From Barthelona sp. PAP020 (taxonomy: Eukaryota): DNA of 64,000 nucleotides. Shown one piece after another: positions 20,193 to 29,439 of this stretch. The stretch spans positions 1 to 64,000 of the forward strand of contig JARQWU010000019.1 in the NCBI GenBank assembly GCA_040182905.1, written 5' to 3'. The position numbers and the translations under genes are program-made. Within the stretch, counting starts at the first letter, position 1. Every line of letters starts with the position of its first letter. The notes beneath the pieces were generated by a model. It was not told the DNA's origin and ran no database searches. It was given only the letters and a program-made list of their open reading frames with translations.

Positions 20193-20846
20193 AAATAAAA
20201 AATTAGGTATGAGGATCGAGTCTCTCAGTTCACATTTCAACAATTTCACTTTGGACGAAAGGGCAAAAATTAAAGGCTTTAATTTTTATTTACTAACTGG
20301 GGTTGGGGAAATTTCACGTTAGGTACAAGAAAAGGTATACGAAAGCTTTTATATACGGTGTGTTATTGAAATGAGTAGTTGGGAAAGCCTTGAATTTGAA
20401 TCCTGGCTGTTTGAAATGACTTAGTTCTGATTGAAAGATTGGACGATATTGAATCCCTAAAAAAAAGAATGACTTCAATAACTTTGGATAGAAAATTTGA
20501 TAAAGGAAATTCAGACAATGGTTGAAAATTTTGGGAAAATTTCTTTTGTAATCTTTCAAGATTCTTTATTAGCCAGTAACATTAGATTCTTATTTGTCTT
20601 AAGCTCAACTAGTTGTTTTATTATTTGATAAATTCTGAAATACGAGAAATTTTGCTTGATTCAAATTCTGGCGCATTTCTTCACGCTTTTCTTTTTCCCT
20701 CCTTGTGAAATGCCCGCCACGCTTCACAATTGTTCTTCTATGGGTTTCCTTAATGAACCCTTGTAACCTACTATGTACACTTGGATCCTTCTTATCAGTG
20801 AAATCCGTCTGCTTTGTGTGAACACTATAAAAAAAAATCTCTTTCT

Positions 20847-21713
20847 TTACATTATCCAATTGGTTAACATATCATCTCTAACATTGTCGTCGTTCAATGT
20901 GATTTTGAGTGATTCAGCTAAGTTTTTGTAATCAGAGATGACATTTTCCATTTCTTTCAAAAAAAAATCAATTTTTTGAATATTTTGATCAAATTTAGCA
21001 ATAAATTCCCATTCATTCTGTAGATTTACACAATCATTGTGCAGTCTTTTAAAAATTTTTTCATTAGACTTCCTTATTTCTTGAAGATGGGTCCCATTTA
21101 TGATAAGATCGGTTAATTTATGAAATTGAGGAATGAGAGCACTTATTCTTGCGAAAATCTTTTGATCAAAAAAATCACTTCTTTTGTTATTGTTATTGAG
21201 GACAATCTCCTTCATTTCTAAATGCTGTTGGGTGAAAATATCAGTCCTACGATTGAAAACTGACAAAAACTGTAAAAATTCCTGTTTAGTTTCGGGAATC
21301 TGCTGATTTGGTACATGAGAATAAAAATCAGGAAACAATTGTATTTCAACCGCATAAAGAGATGAATTATTAAAAAGGTTTAATTGATGAACGTCAATTG
21401 TTTGGACATCGTTGGTATGATCAAATTTGAAATAAAACCAAACATATTTAATAACATGGTCAAATATTGTCTTGTCAAATTCATTAAATAAACAACCAAT
21501 ATCAAAACCAATCATTTTAAATTGATTTATGCAATCACTTGGAGTTTTAAAATCATAAATTTCTATTTCTAGACAATTTAATAAATACAATAAAACATTA
21601 TTTAAATCGAAATTGTTTGAGTCATTTTCAATCAATTCAATTAAATTCTGACTAATATCTTCATAATTTTGATGTGCCCAATCAATATCTATATTGATTA
21701 TATCATTAAACAT
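20847..21713 (-). CDS. Hypothetical protein with C-terminal coiled coil, about 288 aa
   Basis: 867-nt ORF in very AT-rich DNA, first ATG at 21713, heptad-like C-terminus. No family recognised. Confidence 0.7.
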   Translation of the reverse strand: MFNDIINIDIDWAHQNYEDISQNLIELIENDSNNFDLNNVLLYLLNCLEIEIYDFKTPSDCINQFKMIGFDIGCLFNEFDKTIFDHVIKYVWFYFKFDHTNDVQTIDVHQLNLFNNSSLYAVEIQLFPDFYSHVPNQQIPETKQEFLQFLSVFNRRTDIFTQQHLEMKEIVLNNNNKRSDFFDQKIFARISALIPQFHKLTDLIINGTHLQEIRKSNEKIFKRLHNDCVNLQNEWEFIAKFDQNIQKIDFFLKEMENVISDYKNLAESLKITLNDDNVRDDMLTNWIM

Positions 21714-22077
21714 CAATCAATAAAATAATTTAATAAAACCAAATGAACTAATATTTCGTTTTCTTTTGAAAACAATCAAAATAATTATTCATGCATTTAT
21801 GTACATTTTTAAAAATGAAATCTTTTTTGGTTAAACATGATGAGATATTCGTATAAAATAAATTCGTCTGTAAAAAGGGCACTTCCTATTTAAAATCATC
21901 TGAAGAGATGAGTCTTAAGTATTAATATAGTACAGGATCGATCCTTAGAGAAAGAAACGGACAGTCTATTTTTGTTGAATTATTTCTTTTTCTTTTTCAT
22001 TTCAATTGTTTTTAAATTTTTATTCTATTTTTAATATACATTTTTTTTGAAAAAAAAATTCAAATTATCCAATAAAT

Positions 22078-22635
22078 TTACAAAAAATTGCAAGTGTTAT
22101 CATCTGTAGCTTGTGTAGGGTTGCGCTTTTTTTCAATTGCATCTAAAACACCTTCAAAAATGGGATCTATATTGAAGCCTTCCTTTGCAGAACATTCATA
22201 ATATTGAGCATTGATCTTATTTGCAAAGTTTTCCCCTTCAGTTTTACTAATAGTACGAGCTGAATCTGTTTTATTACCAACAACAAAACGTATTATATCC
22301 TCAGTTCCACAGCTATGTACCAATTTATCATTAATATTGTCTAAAGCATCAAATGATTCTCTATCATCAATAGAAAAAACATAAATATAACTGTCAACAT
22401 GTGCCAAGGGAATTAAATCAGAAGGTGTAAATTGATCCATGCCAGCAGTATCTTTGATGGTTATTTTATAAGAGCGATTATGATATTCAACATCTTTAAT
22501 TAACGTACAAGAAAGAGTTGGGTTATAAGCATCAGAAAAAAAACCATCCACATAACGTCTCGAAACAGAACTCTTACCAACACCACGAAATCCTAAAACA
22601 CAAATGCAACGATTAAATATTTGTGAACTCGCCAT
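22078..22635 (-). CDS. RHEB: Rheb-family small GTPase, 185 aa
   Basis: G1 GFRGVGKS with the Rheb-diagnostic Arg, switch I YNPT, G3 DTAG, G4 GNKTD, G5 SAK and CaaX CNFL. The start is placed at the ATG of MASSQIF (22635); the longer tracked ORF begins at a non-ATG codon. Confidence 0.88.
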   Translation of the reverse strand: MASSQIFNRCICVLGFRGVGKSSVSRRYVDGFFSDAYNPTLSCTLIKDVEYHNRSYKITIKDTAGMDQFTPSDLIPLAHVDSYIYVFSIDDRESFDALDNINDKLVHSCGTEDIIRFVVGNKTDSARTISKTEGENFANKINAQYYECSAKEGFNIDPIFEGVLDAIEKKRNPTQATDDNTCNFL

Positions 22636-22699
22636 AAAAAAAATTAAAGAAATGGAAGGAAAAAAGATCAGACCAAAAGCTATTTTTGTTGTTGACCGA

Positions 22700-25327
22700 A
22701 TGAGTGATCCGTCAGAAATCAAATTAAATGATGATGATGAATTAAATTATAGTATTAACAATAGCTTCTCTAGTGAAAATTTTAATAGCAATCTACACAG
22801 TTCCAACTTTCGGTCAAACAATGAAGTAGTTGATTCTTTTTCTTATTTTCCTACACAAGAACCAAATTTATATCCGACTTTTTATTCTACTTTTGATTTT
22901 GATTATGTTTCTTCTACTTTGATAACTCCTGCCGGTTCTCAGTTAAATTCTCCTTGTCTTGGGCCATCTAATTCAGAACAAAATATTGCATTTGGATTTT
23001 TGAATGATACAAACGATTTAAATGTCTATTCATTTGGTAATTCAGCGTCTTCATCTTCTACCAATTTAAAATCTCCATTATCTCCGATTGTTTCTGCATC
23101 ATTTCCATCCTCTAATTCGTTACCTGATGTGTCTGATGAATCTTCTCATATTGAAACATTGGATGATAATATTTTGATTTTTCCTCCAAGATTTACCACA
23201 TTGTGCAGGGAATTTCCCTTTTTCACTCACTTTCAAAATTATTTTCAGGTTGAAAAATCTTTATTGAACACAAAAATTACAATTGCTGTTCCTCACAGCA
23301 AAGATTTTTACTTAACACCTTCAGAAATCATTAGCTTGAATGCCATTGACATGGCTCTAAAAAAAAGTGGGAAAGATGATGATGAATATTATGAATTTGG
23401 TGAATTTGAAGAGGCAAAAGTTTTGAATCTTAAGTTTTCTCAATTTTTGAAGTTAAAACTTTTGAACATGGTGAAATACGTGTATTCTTTTTGTTTGAAA
23501 ATACCATTAGGGTATGAGACCTTGTTTACTGCATTATCAAAGCCAATAACAAAAAATTATAAGGCAACTGTGTTTGTTAGTCAAGGAAAAGTATTTTTAA
23601 ATGCTTTAAAACTGATTTCATTGAAAAAATCTGTGAAAGCTGTAGTACATCGAGCTTCACAAGTGTATTCTCAAACAAGAGCTCATATATTAACCTTACA
23701 TATGCCTAAATGTGTTGAAAGGGAATTTGAGTTAAAACCACATCCTAAGGGTACTGGTGATTATATTCTTGTTTCTAAGGAACACCAAAACAAAAAGACT
23801 ACTCGTTCTTTTATCAAGAGAGGACGTCATATCCAGTCGTTACTAGCAGCAATCGATATCACTGCTAAGAATGATATTAAATGTTTGATTAGAGAAGCAA
23901 TTAATTTAGCTGATTCTTGGAATGAAAGTGTAATTAGCAGGTCAACCAATTCAAAGAACATTGATTTACCGTCATTATTATCCTCGTATACTTATCCTGT
24001 TACCAATTGTCGTTTGAAAACCTTGTTATTTTATTTCAGAAAGGGACATGATCCTTCTTCTTATCTCTCAAGAACCATATCTCAAGATGAATTGTTTGAC
24101 CTTTTAGAAAAACGAGTGATTGATTATACCATTGCTGATTTAGACAGTTCCATTGTCAATTTGCCGAAGCAAAAGCTTTTAAAGAAGTTCACTGTACACA
24201 ACCATAGCATATCTATCCGAGATTTTGGGGCGATAAGTAAGAGTGGATATTCTTTTGTTGAATCATATCATGTTGTTGATAATGAAGATAATGATCAGTG
24301 TGCTAATGTTTTAAGCAAAGTTCATCCTAATATTTTGATTGACATATTGATGCCTGAAGAGTACGGTATGGTATCAGTTCAATTATGTATTAAGATGGTA
24401 AATAGAGATGGTGAACAGGTGATTGAAAAAATGAAGAAGAGATGGTCAAGGTCTAGCAACAGTAGTAGCAGTTCCAACAATAGTTTTAGTGTAACGGAGT
24501 CTTTTAATCAGGTACGTGATATGATCTTTCAAAGATTTATTGATTTTGAGAAGAATTCTACAGGTATCATCACTTCTTTGATCAAATATTATAAGTTCCA
24601 GGATGAAAAGCACATTGTACGACGCATAAAGAGCTGTTCAAGCAAGGATGAGTTGGTTGCTGAAGAACAAGATTTATCTGAGTTATTATTTCCAGCAACA
24701 CCCAATGCTAATCATTTTATTCATGATTTGTCACATTTGCTTGAATTGAATTCTAAGTATTTCAATCCTGAGTTAGAATTTCATACATATATTGAGAAAC
24801 TATTTGAAAATGAAGCAGAAAGCATCAAAAATGCTGATGTTTTAAAGACTCTTTTCAGTGAATCCACCAAATTTTGTGAAAACGATCCAAAATTCTTGAT
24901 AGGTTATAACAGCAAGCAATTTGACAAGGTTCGTGATGAATTGTGCAAACAAACTCTATTTTCGTTTTTCAAATCAACTGGCAATTATTGGACTCAAGAA
25001 AAAAAACTTTGGAACTTCTACGAAATTAACGTATGTTGGGATGAAGCTAATGATGTTCTTTGTATTCAATCTGAAGAAGGAGAACCCATTATTTGTGTTT
25101 CTCTTACCCCATTGTTATTGCAAAAGGGTCTTATTAACAATGAAGATGAAAGTAAATTATTCATGGAGAATTTGAACCAATTGCCTAAGAAAAAACAAGT
25201 AGAATTCATTCAAGAATGTTGTTTTGACCCTCACATTATTTTGAGTGATTCCTCTGAAAATTTGTATGACAATTGTGATGGTTTGTCAGATTTGATCCAA
25301 AGAGTGTTAATATGTTCTAAAATATGA
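22700..25327 (+). CDS. Hypothetical protein (about 875 aa; up to 907 aa from upstream ATGs), Ser/Asn-rich N-terminus
   Basis: 2.6-kb uninterrupted ORF. The start is uncertain (22604, 22652 or 22700); 22604 would overlap Rheb. No family recognised. Confidence 0.8.
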   Translation: MSDPSEIKLNDDDELNYSINNSFSSENFNSNLHSSNFRSNNEVVDSFSYFPTQEPNLYPTFYSTFDFDYVSSTLITPAGSQLNSPCLGPSNSEQNIAFGFLNDTNDLNVYSFGNSASSSSTNLKSPLSPIVSASFPSSNSLPDVSDESSHIETLDDNILIFPPRFTTLCREFPFFTHFQNYFQVEKSLLNTKITIAVPHSKDFYLTPSEIISLNAIDMALKKSGKDDDEYYEFGEFEEAKVLNLKFSQFLKLKLLNMVKYVYSFCLKIPLGYETLFTALSKPITKNYKATVFVSQGKVFLNALKLISLKKSVKAVVHRASQVYSQTRAHILTLHMPKCVEREFELKPHPKGTGDYILVSKEHQNKKTTRSFIKRGRHIQSLLAAIDITAKNDIKCLIREAINLADSWNESVISRSTNSKNIDLPSLLSSYTYPVTNCRLKTLLFYFRKGHDPSSYLSRTISQDELFDLLEKRVIDYTIADLDSSIVNLPKQKLLKKFTVHNHSISIRDFGAISKSGYSFVESYHVVDNEDNDQCANVLSKVHPNILIDILMPEEYGMVSVQLCIKMVNRDGEQVIEKMKKRWSRSSNSSSSSNNSFSVTESFNQVRDMIFQRFIDFEKNSTGIITSLIKYYKFQDEKHIVRRIKSCSSKDELVAEEQDLSELLFPATPNANHFIHDLSHLLELNSKYFNPELEFHTYIEKLFENEAESIKNADVLKTLFSESTKFCENDPKFLIGYNSKQFDKVRDELCKQTLFSFFKSTGNYWTQEKKLWNFYEINVCWDEANDVLCIQSEEGEPIICVSLTPLLLQKGLINNEDESKLFMENLNQLPKKKQVEFIQECCFDPHIILSDSSENLYDNCDGLSDLIQRVLICSKI

Positions 25328-25702
25328 TATTTGTTTCTTTTCTTCCTTTTTTTGTCGTATTTTTTTACTTTATTACAGACTTTTCCTTTTCATATTTAAT
25401 GTAAATACTATTTGCGAATATTTCATGTTTTTATTTTTTATTTTGTTTTGATACAATAAAATAGTATTTTTTCATATTAATGTGGTCATTTTCATTGAAA
25501 AATGAAAAGAAAAAATCAAATATCGAAAACCAAAAAAATCTTCTCTTTCAATTAATTGAATAATTTTACAGTTCTAATGTTATCTTTATTATATTGATAC
25601 ATATAATTTTTATTAATTAACAATAAATAATTGAATAAAGAAAAAAGAAAAATCATTTTCAAATTTATACTTTTTTTTTTATACACGATTAAATGATATT
25701 TA

Positions 25703-26779
25703 ATGCAAACAAACAAGCCAAATCCACTTGAGTTTGATCAATTTTTATTACAAGATGATTATTTTTATAATTCAAACACGCCATTTTTGAAAACTAATAC
25801 TAATAAGAATTCAACTAATTTCATTAGTTATCGTTCATCAATTAGCCAAATGAGTCAAAGAAGCGATCATTCTGAACATTCTTTGAATAGTTCCAATCGT
25901 TTACCATCTAATTCCACATATCGACCAGATTCTTGGGTTAAAGACAGTGTATATTATAAAAGTAGACGTAAAGTCCCATTAGATCGTTTTTCTGAAACAA
26001 AAAAGATTGTTCGAGGACAATCAATTCCGAATAGTGATTATGTCTTTTATGAACAGCTTAGAAAAGCTGGTCACGAGGATGCTGTTGAACAAGTATCAAA
26101 ATTAAAGCTTCCCAAGACGAAATTAATTGATGATGACAGCACAATGTGCAGTTCTGTTGCTAGTTACAGGAAACATAAAGCTTTGGTTGATAAACAGAAA
26201 CAATTTCGTGATATGGAGAAAACTCTAAGAGATGAGGCTAGAAGAGAGATGTTGAAATCCAATATGCAAAGCAATATAGATTTAAAGGAAGGAGAGAATC
26301 TTTCTGTCCAATCAATTAATCGTTTGACTGACAAACAAAAGTCTATATTGGATAAACACGAAAAGGAAAGAATACATCGTGAAAATTTGAGACGTAAAAA
26401 GCTAAGTGAAAAGATAAAGCATTTTAACATTTTTCCCGACGATGACAGGTACAATTTACCAATGGAAGCATTTTTATTGCCTAAACCACAAAGGAGGGTA
26501 AAACCTCCAAAAGATACTTTGGATAATATTTTATTTCAGAAAGCAGATGATAAAACGGAGAGAAATAGCTTTAATAACATTGTACAATCTAATATAAACA
26601 GCAGAAGGGAAAATAAAATTCAGATAGAATCTGGTGGTCGAGACTACAGAATTTATGCACCTTTGGTTAAAAATATTGAAGAGATGCAACCAAAAAATGT
26701 GATAAATTCTTCACCATTGCATCCTAGTTATTATCAATATCTTGAAAATCAATATTTGGTGAACAATAACACAATGTAA
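25703..26779 (+). CDS. Hypothetical charged/coiled-coil protein, 358 aa
   Basis: 1077-nt ORF flanked by very AT-rich intergenic DNA, with K/R/E-rich helical stretches. Confidence 0.8.
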   Translation: MQTNKPNPLEFDQFLLQDDYFYNSNTPFLKTNTNKNSTNFISYRSSISQMSQRSDHSEHSLNSSNRLPSNSTYRPDSWVKDSVYYKSRRKVPLDRFSETKKIVRGQSIPNSDYVFYEQLRKAGHEDAVEQVSKLKLPKTKLIDDDSTMCSSVASYRKHKALVDKQKQFRDMEKTLRDEARREMLKSNMQSNIDLKEGENLSVQSINRLTDKQKSILDKHEKERIHRENLRRKKLSEKIKHFNIFPDDDRYNLPMEAFLLPKPQRRVKPPKDTLDNILFQKADDKTERNSFNNIVQSNINSRRENKIQIESGGRDYRIYAPLVKNIEEMQPKNVINSSPLHPSYYQYLENQYLVNNNTM

Positions 26780-26968
26780 ATATCCAATTTTTTTATTTTA
26801 ATTTTTTGTCGAAAGTTTATTTTAATGAATAATATTCATGCTTTTTAAGTATTGTTTAATTCTATAAATGTTTCATCCGCAAATAAAAGATTTACAAATT
26901 TATTTTTAGAAAGCTCAAATTGGGGAAAGAAAAGAATCCATTTTTTAATTCTTTTTTTTTACAGTTGT

Positions 26969-27292
26969 ATGAGATTAGCCACTACTTTTTTAATATTTTT
27001 TGTCATATCAACTGCTTTTGCTGTTGAACTAAAGTTTCAACACAGTATTGAAACAGACTTTAATTCCGATTCAAAATCATTTCATCATGAAGCAAATGTT
27101 GAAGGTATTTTTCCAGACATGAGTTCCAGTTCAAGTTCTTCTAGTTCAAGCTCTAGTTCAAGTTCTAGTTCAAGTTCTTCAAGTTCAAGTTCTTCAAGTT
27201 CAAGTTCATCTTCATCAAGTTCTAGTTCTAGTTCTTCATCCAGTTCTAGTTCTAGTTCTAGTAGTTCTAGTTCCTCATCTTCAGGTTTTTAA
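26969..27292 (+). CDS. Small secreted poly-serine protein, 107 aa
   Basis: Signal peptide MRLATTFLIFFVISTAFA with an AFA cleavage motif, a 33-aa spacer, 54 consecutive Ser codons (27122-27283) mixing AGT/AGC/TCN, then GF-stop. Confidence 0.8.
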   Translation: MRLATTFLIFFVISTAFAVELKFQHSIETDFNSDSKSFHHEANVEGIFPDMSSSSSSSSSSSSSSSSSSSSSSSSSSSSSSSSSSSSSSSSSSSSSSSSSSSSSSGF

Positions 27293-27434
27293 TTGTTAGA
27301 TTCTTTTTGGAAAAATTAATTTTTTTCTTCGTTTAGTTCAGTAAAAAATGTTTTGTTTATTTTTTTGTGATATCTATTTATAAAGTTCAAAAAATAAGGA
27401 GACAGAAACAAAATGATTGGTTGATGGATTGATT

Positions 27435-27476
27435 CTTTGATCTCATGTAATTTGCCTTTGATCTCATGTAATTTGC
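27435..27476. repeat. Exact 21-bp tandem duplication
   Basis: CTTTGATCTCATGTAATTTGC twice, ending 33 bp before the ATG at 27510. Confidence 0.9.
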
Positions 27477-27509
27477 TTTTGTCACAATTTTTTTGTATTT
27501 TTAATTGTT

Positions 27510-29189
27510 ATGACAGAACAAAAAAGAAATTATCAGGTTTCAAGATTGATAATATTGATTGTATCAACGTTAATAATATGTTTTGATGTATATTTACACT
27601 TATTTCCAAATTCCACCTTTTTCAACATACATCATGGCAAAATTGTTTCTTTAAAATCAACTCATAATGATAATTATGATAGTAATGATTCAAATGAAAA
27701 GTTAAACGTTAATTTTATGAATAATGACCTTAAACAATTACAAAGGAAAAAAAACTTTCTTACCAAATATACTAATTATGGATATAACAACACTATTGAT
27801 CAATTGAGAATAGAACAATTTCCTCATTTAAAGAATGAAATATATTTGGATTACACTGGGTCAGGAACTTATCAAAAACGTCAAATTGAGCGTTTTTCTT
27901 CCGATTTAAGCGAACATTTGTATGGAAACTCACATAGTCATTCTTCACCATCTTTAAGAACTGATTACATAGTTTCTCACACAAGAAAACAAATAATGGA
28001 ATTCTTTAACTCATCTTTAAAAGAAAACCATGTTATTTTTACATCAGGAGCAACTGCGGCACTTCAGACAATCGGTAGGAGTTTTAAGTGGTCGAATGAG
28101 TCAAGTTATGTGTATACACGGCATAATCATAATTCTGTTATTGGGATAAGGTATGTAGCTAAAGAACATGGCGTTAAGTATCGTGCTTTGCATGAACTGG
28201 AGATTAATGACATTTTGATTGGTAAAAAACCAAAGCTTAACACAAGCGCTGATGCTAATCATTTGTTTGCATTTCCTGCTGAATGTAACTTCTCGGGGAT
28301 CAAGTATCCCCTTGAATGGATAGAGTTGATTAAAAGAGGGGGACTTGGTCCAGGCACTTGGTATGTAATGTTAGATGCAGCTGCCTTTTTACCAACAAAT
28401 AGGTTGGATTTGAGCAAGTATAAGCCTGATTTTGTTGTCTTATCATTCTATAAACTCTTTGGGTTTCCTACAGGTATTGGGTCTTTAATTGTTAATGCTA
28501 AAGCTGAAGATGCTTTGCATAAGACTTTTGTTGGTGGTGGAACTATTGTGATGCAATCCTGTGATTCTGATTTTTGTGTGTGGAGACATCGTTTACATGA
28601 AAAATTCGAAGATGGAACCCTTAATTTCCTTGATATATTGGGTGTAAAATATGGTTTGGAAGTAATTAATGAGTTGGGTATTGACAACATAAATATACAT
28701 GTGTGGAGCTTAACAGAGTATGCATATGACCAATTATCGAGTTTAAGACATAAGAATGGAAAGAAAGTGATGGAATTTTACGGAAAACACCACTTCCATG
28801 ACTCTTCTAAACAAGGAGGCATTTTGTCTTTCAATTTTAAGCGTCCAGACGGTTCGTATTTGTTTTATACTGAAGCCGACCAAAATTTTGGATCTGTTGA
28901 TATTCATGTTCGCACAGGAGCTCATTGCAATCCTGGTGCCTGTTTCGATTCATTGAATCTGGATATGTGTAAGCTAGAAGATGTTTTTGTCAAAAAGACC
29001 CATTGTGGTGATGAAATTGACAGTATTGAAGGAGTTCCTTTGGGAGCAGTTAGAGTTTCAATAGGTTATCCATCCACTTTTGAGGACATTGACACCTTGA
29101 TTGAGTTTATAAAAAAGCATTTTGTGGATGCACAAGGTACAGTTCAACCAAGCAACGAATATTCTAGTTTTTTTGATTCTTTTGAATGA
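27510..29189 (+). CDS. Molybdenum cofactor sulfurase-like PLP enzyme (aminotransferase class V domain only) with N-terminal TM anchor, 559 aa
   Basis: YLDYTG, GNSHS, VIFTSGATAAL, NHNSVIGIR, PAECNFSG, DAAAF, the PLP-Lys motif SFYKLFGFPTGIG, FEDGT, the catalytic Cys loop RTGAHCNPGAC and GAVRVSIG. No MOSC domain. Hydrophobic LIILIVSTLIICFDVYLHLF lies near the N-terminus. Confidence 0.88.
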   Translation: MTEQKRNYQVSRLIILIVSTLIICFDVYLHLFPNSTFFNIHHGKIVSLKSTHNDNYDSNDSNEKLNVNFMNNDLKQLQRKKNFLTKYTNYGYNNTIDQLRIEQFPHLKNEIYLDYTGSGTYQKRQIERFSSDLSEHLYGNSHSHSSPSLRTDYIVSHTRKQIMEFFNSSLKENHVIFTSGATAALQTIGRSFKWSNESSYVYTRHNHNSVIGIRYVAKEHGVKYRALHELEINDILIGKKPKLNTSADANHLFAFPAECNFSGIKYPLEWIELIKRGGLGPGTWYVMLDAAAFLPTNRLDLSKYKPDFVVLSFYKLFGFPTGIGSLIVNAKAEDALHKTFVGGGTIVMQSCDSDFCVWRHRLHEKFEDGTLNFLDILGVKYGLEVINELGIDNINIHVWSLTEYAYDQLSSLRHKNGKKVMEFYGKHHFHDSSKQGGILSFNFKRPDGSYLFYTEADQNFGSVDIHVRTGAHCNPGACFDSLNLDMCKLEDVFVKKTHCGDEIDSIEGVPLGAVRVSIGYPSTFEDIDTLIEFIKKHFVDAQGTVQPSNEYSSFFDSFE

Positions 29190-29439
29190 TTCAAGGCATT
29201 TTGTAAATGCGCCAAATGTGCATATAATTTTTTTTTTTCAACAAGAAAATAAAACGGTAAAAATCCTATTTTTCAGCTTAGGATGAAGGTAGATAAGATT
29301 GAAGGTATTAAACAAAGCAAAAAAACAAGGAATTGTCATCTTTGAAAAATCCAAAGGGGGCAAATTTTTTCACTGATAATTTTATTTGAGCTCTTCTTTC
29401 AGTTTTCTTTTTCCATTGAAAATGTGACATGCATAGTAT

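Noticed and set aside
20125..20322. 65-aa ORF MVAHSLSKRKVDGSSP
   Set aside because: It is a translation of the tRNA gene.
21900..21958. CTGAAGA...GAAA resembling a hammerhead ribozyme core
   Set aside because: No stem II closing pair before GAAA and no stems I/III. Loose U2/U3/U5-like words on the minus strand also lack their required structures.
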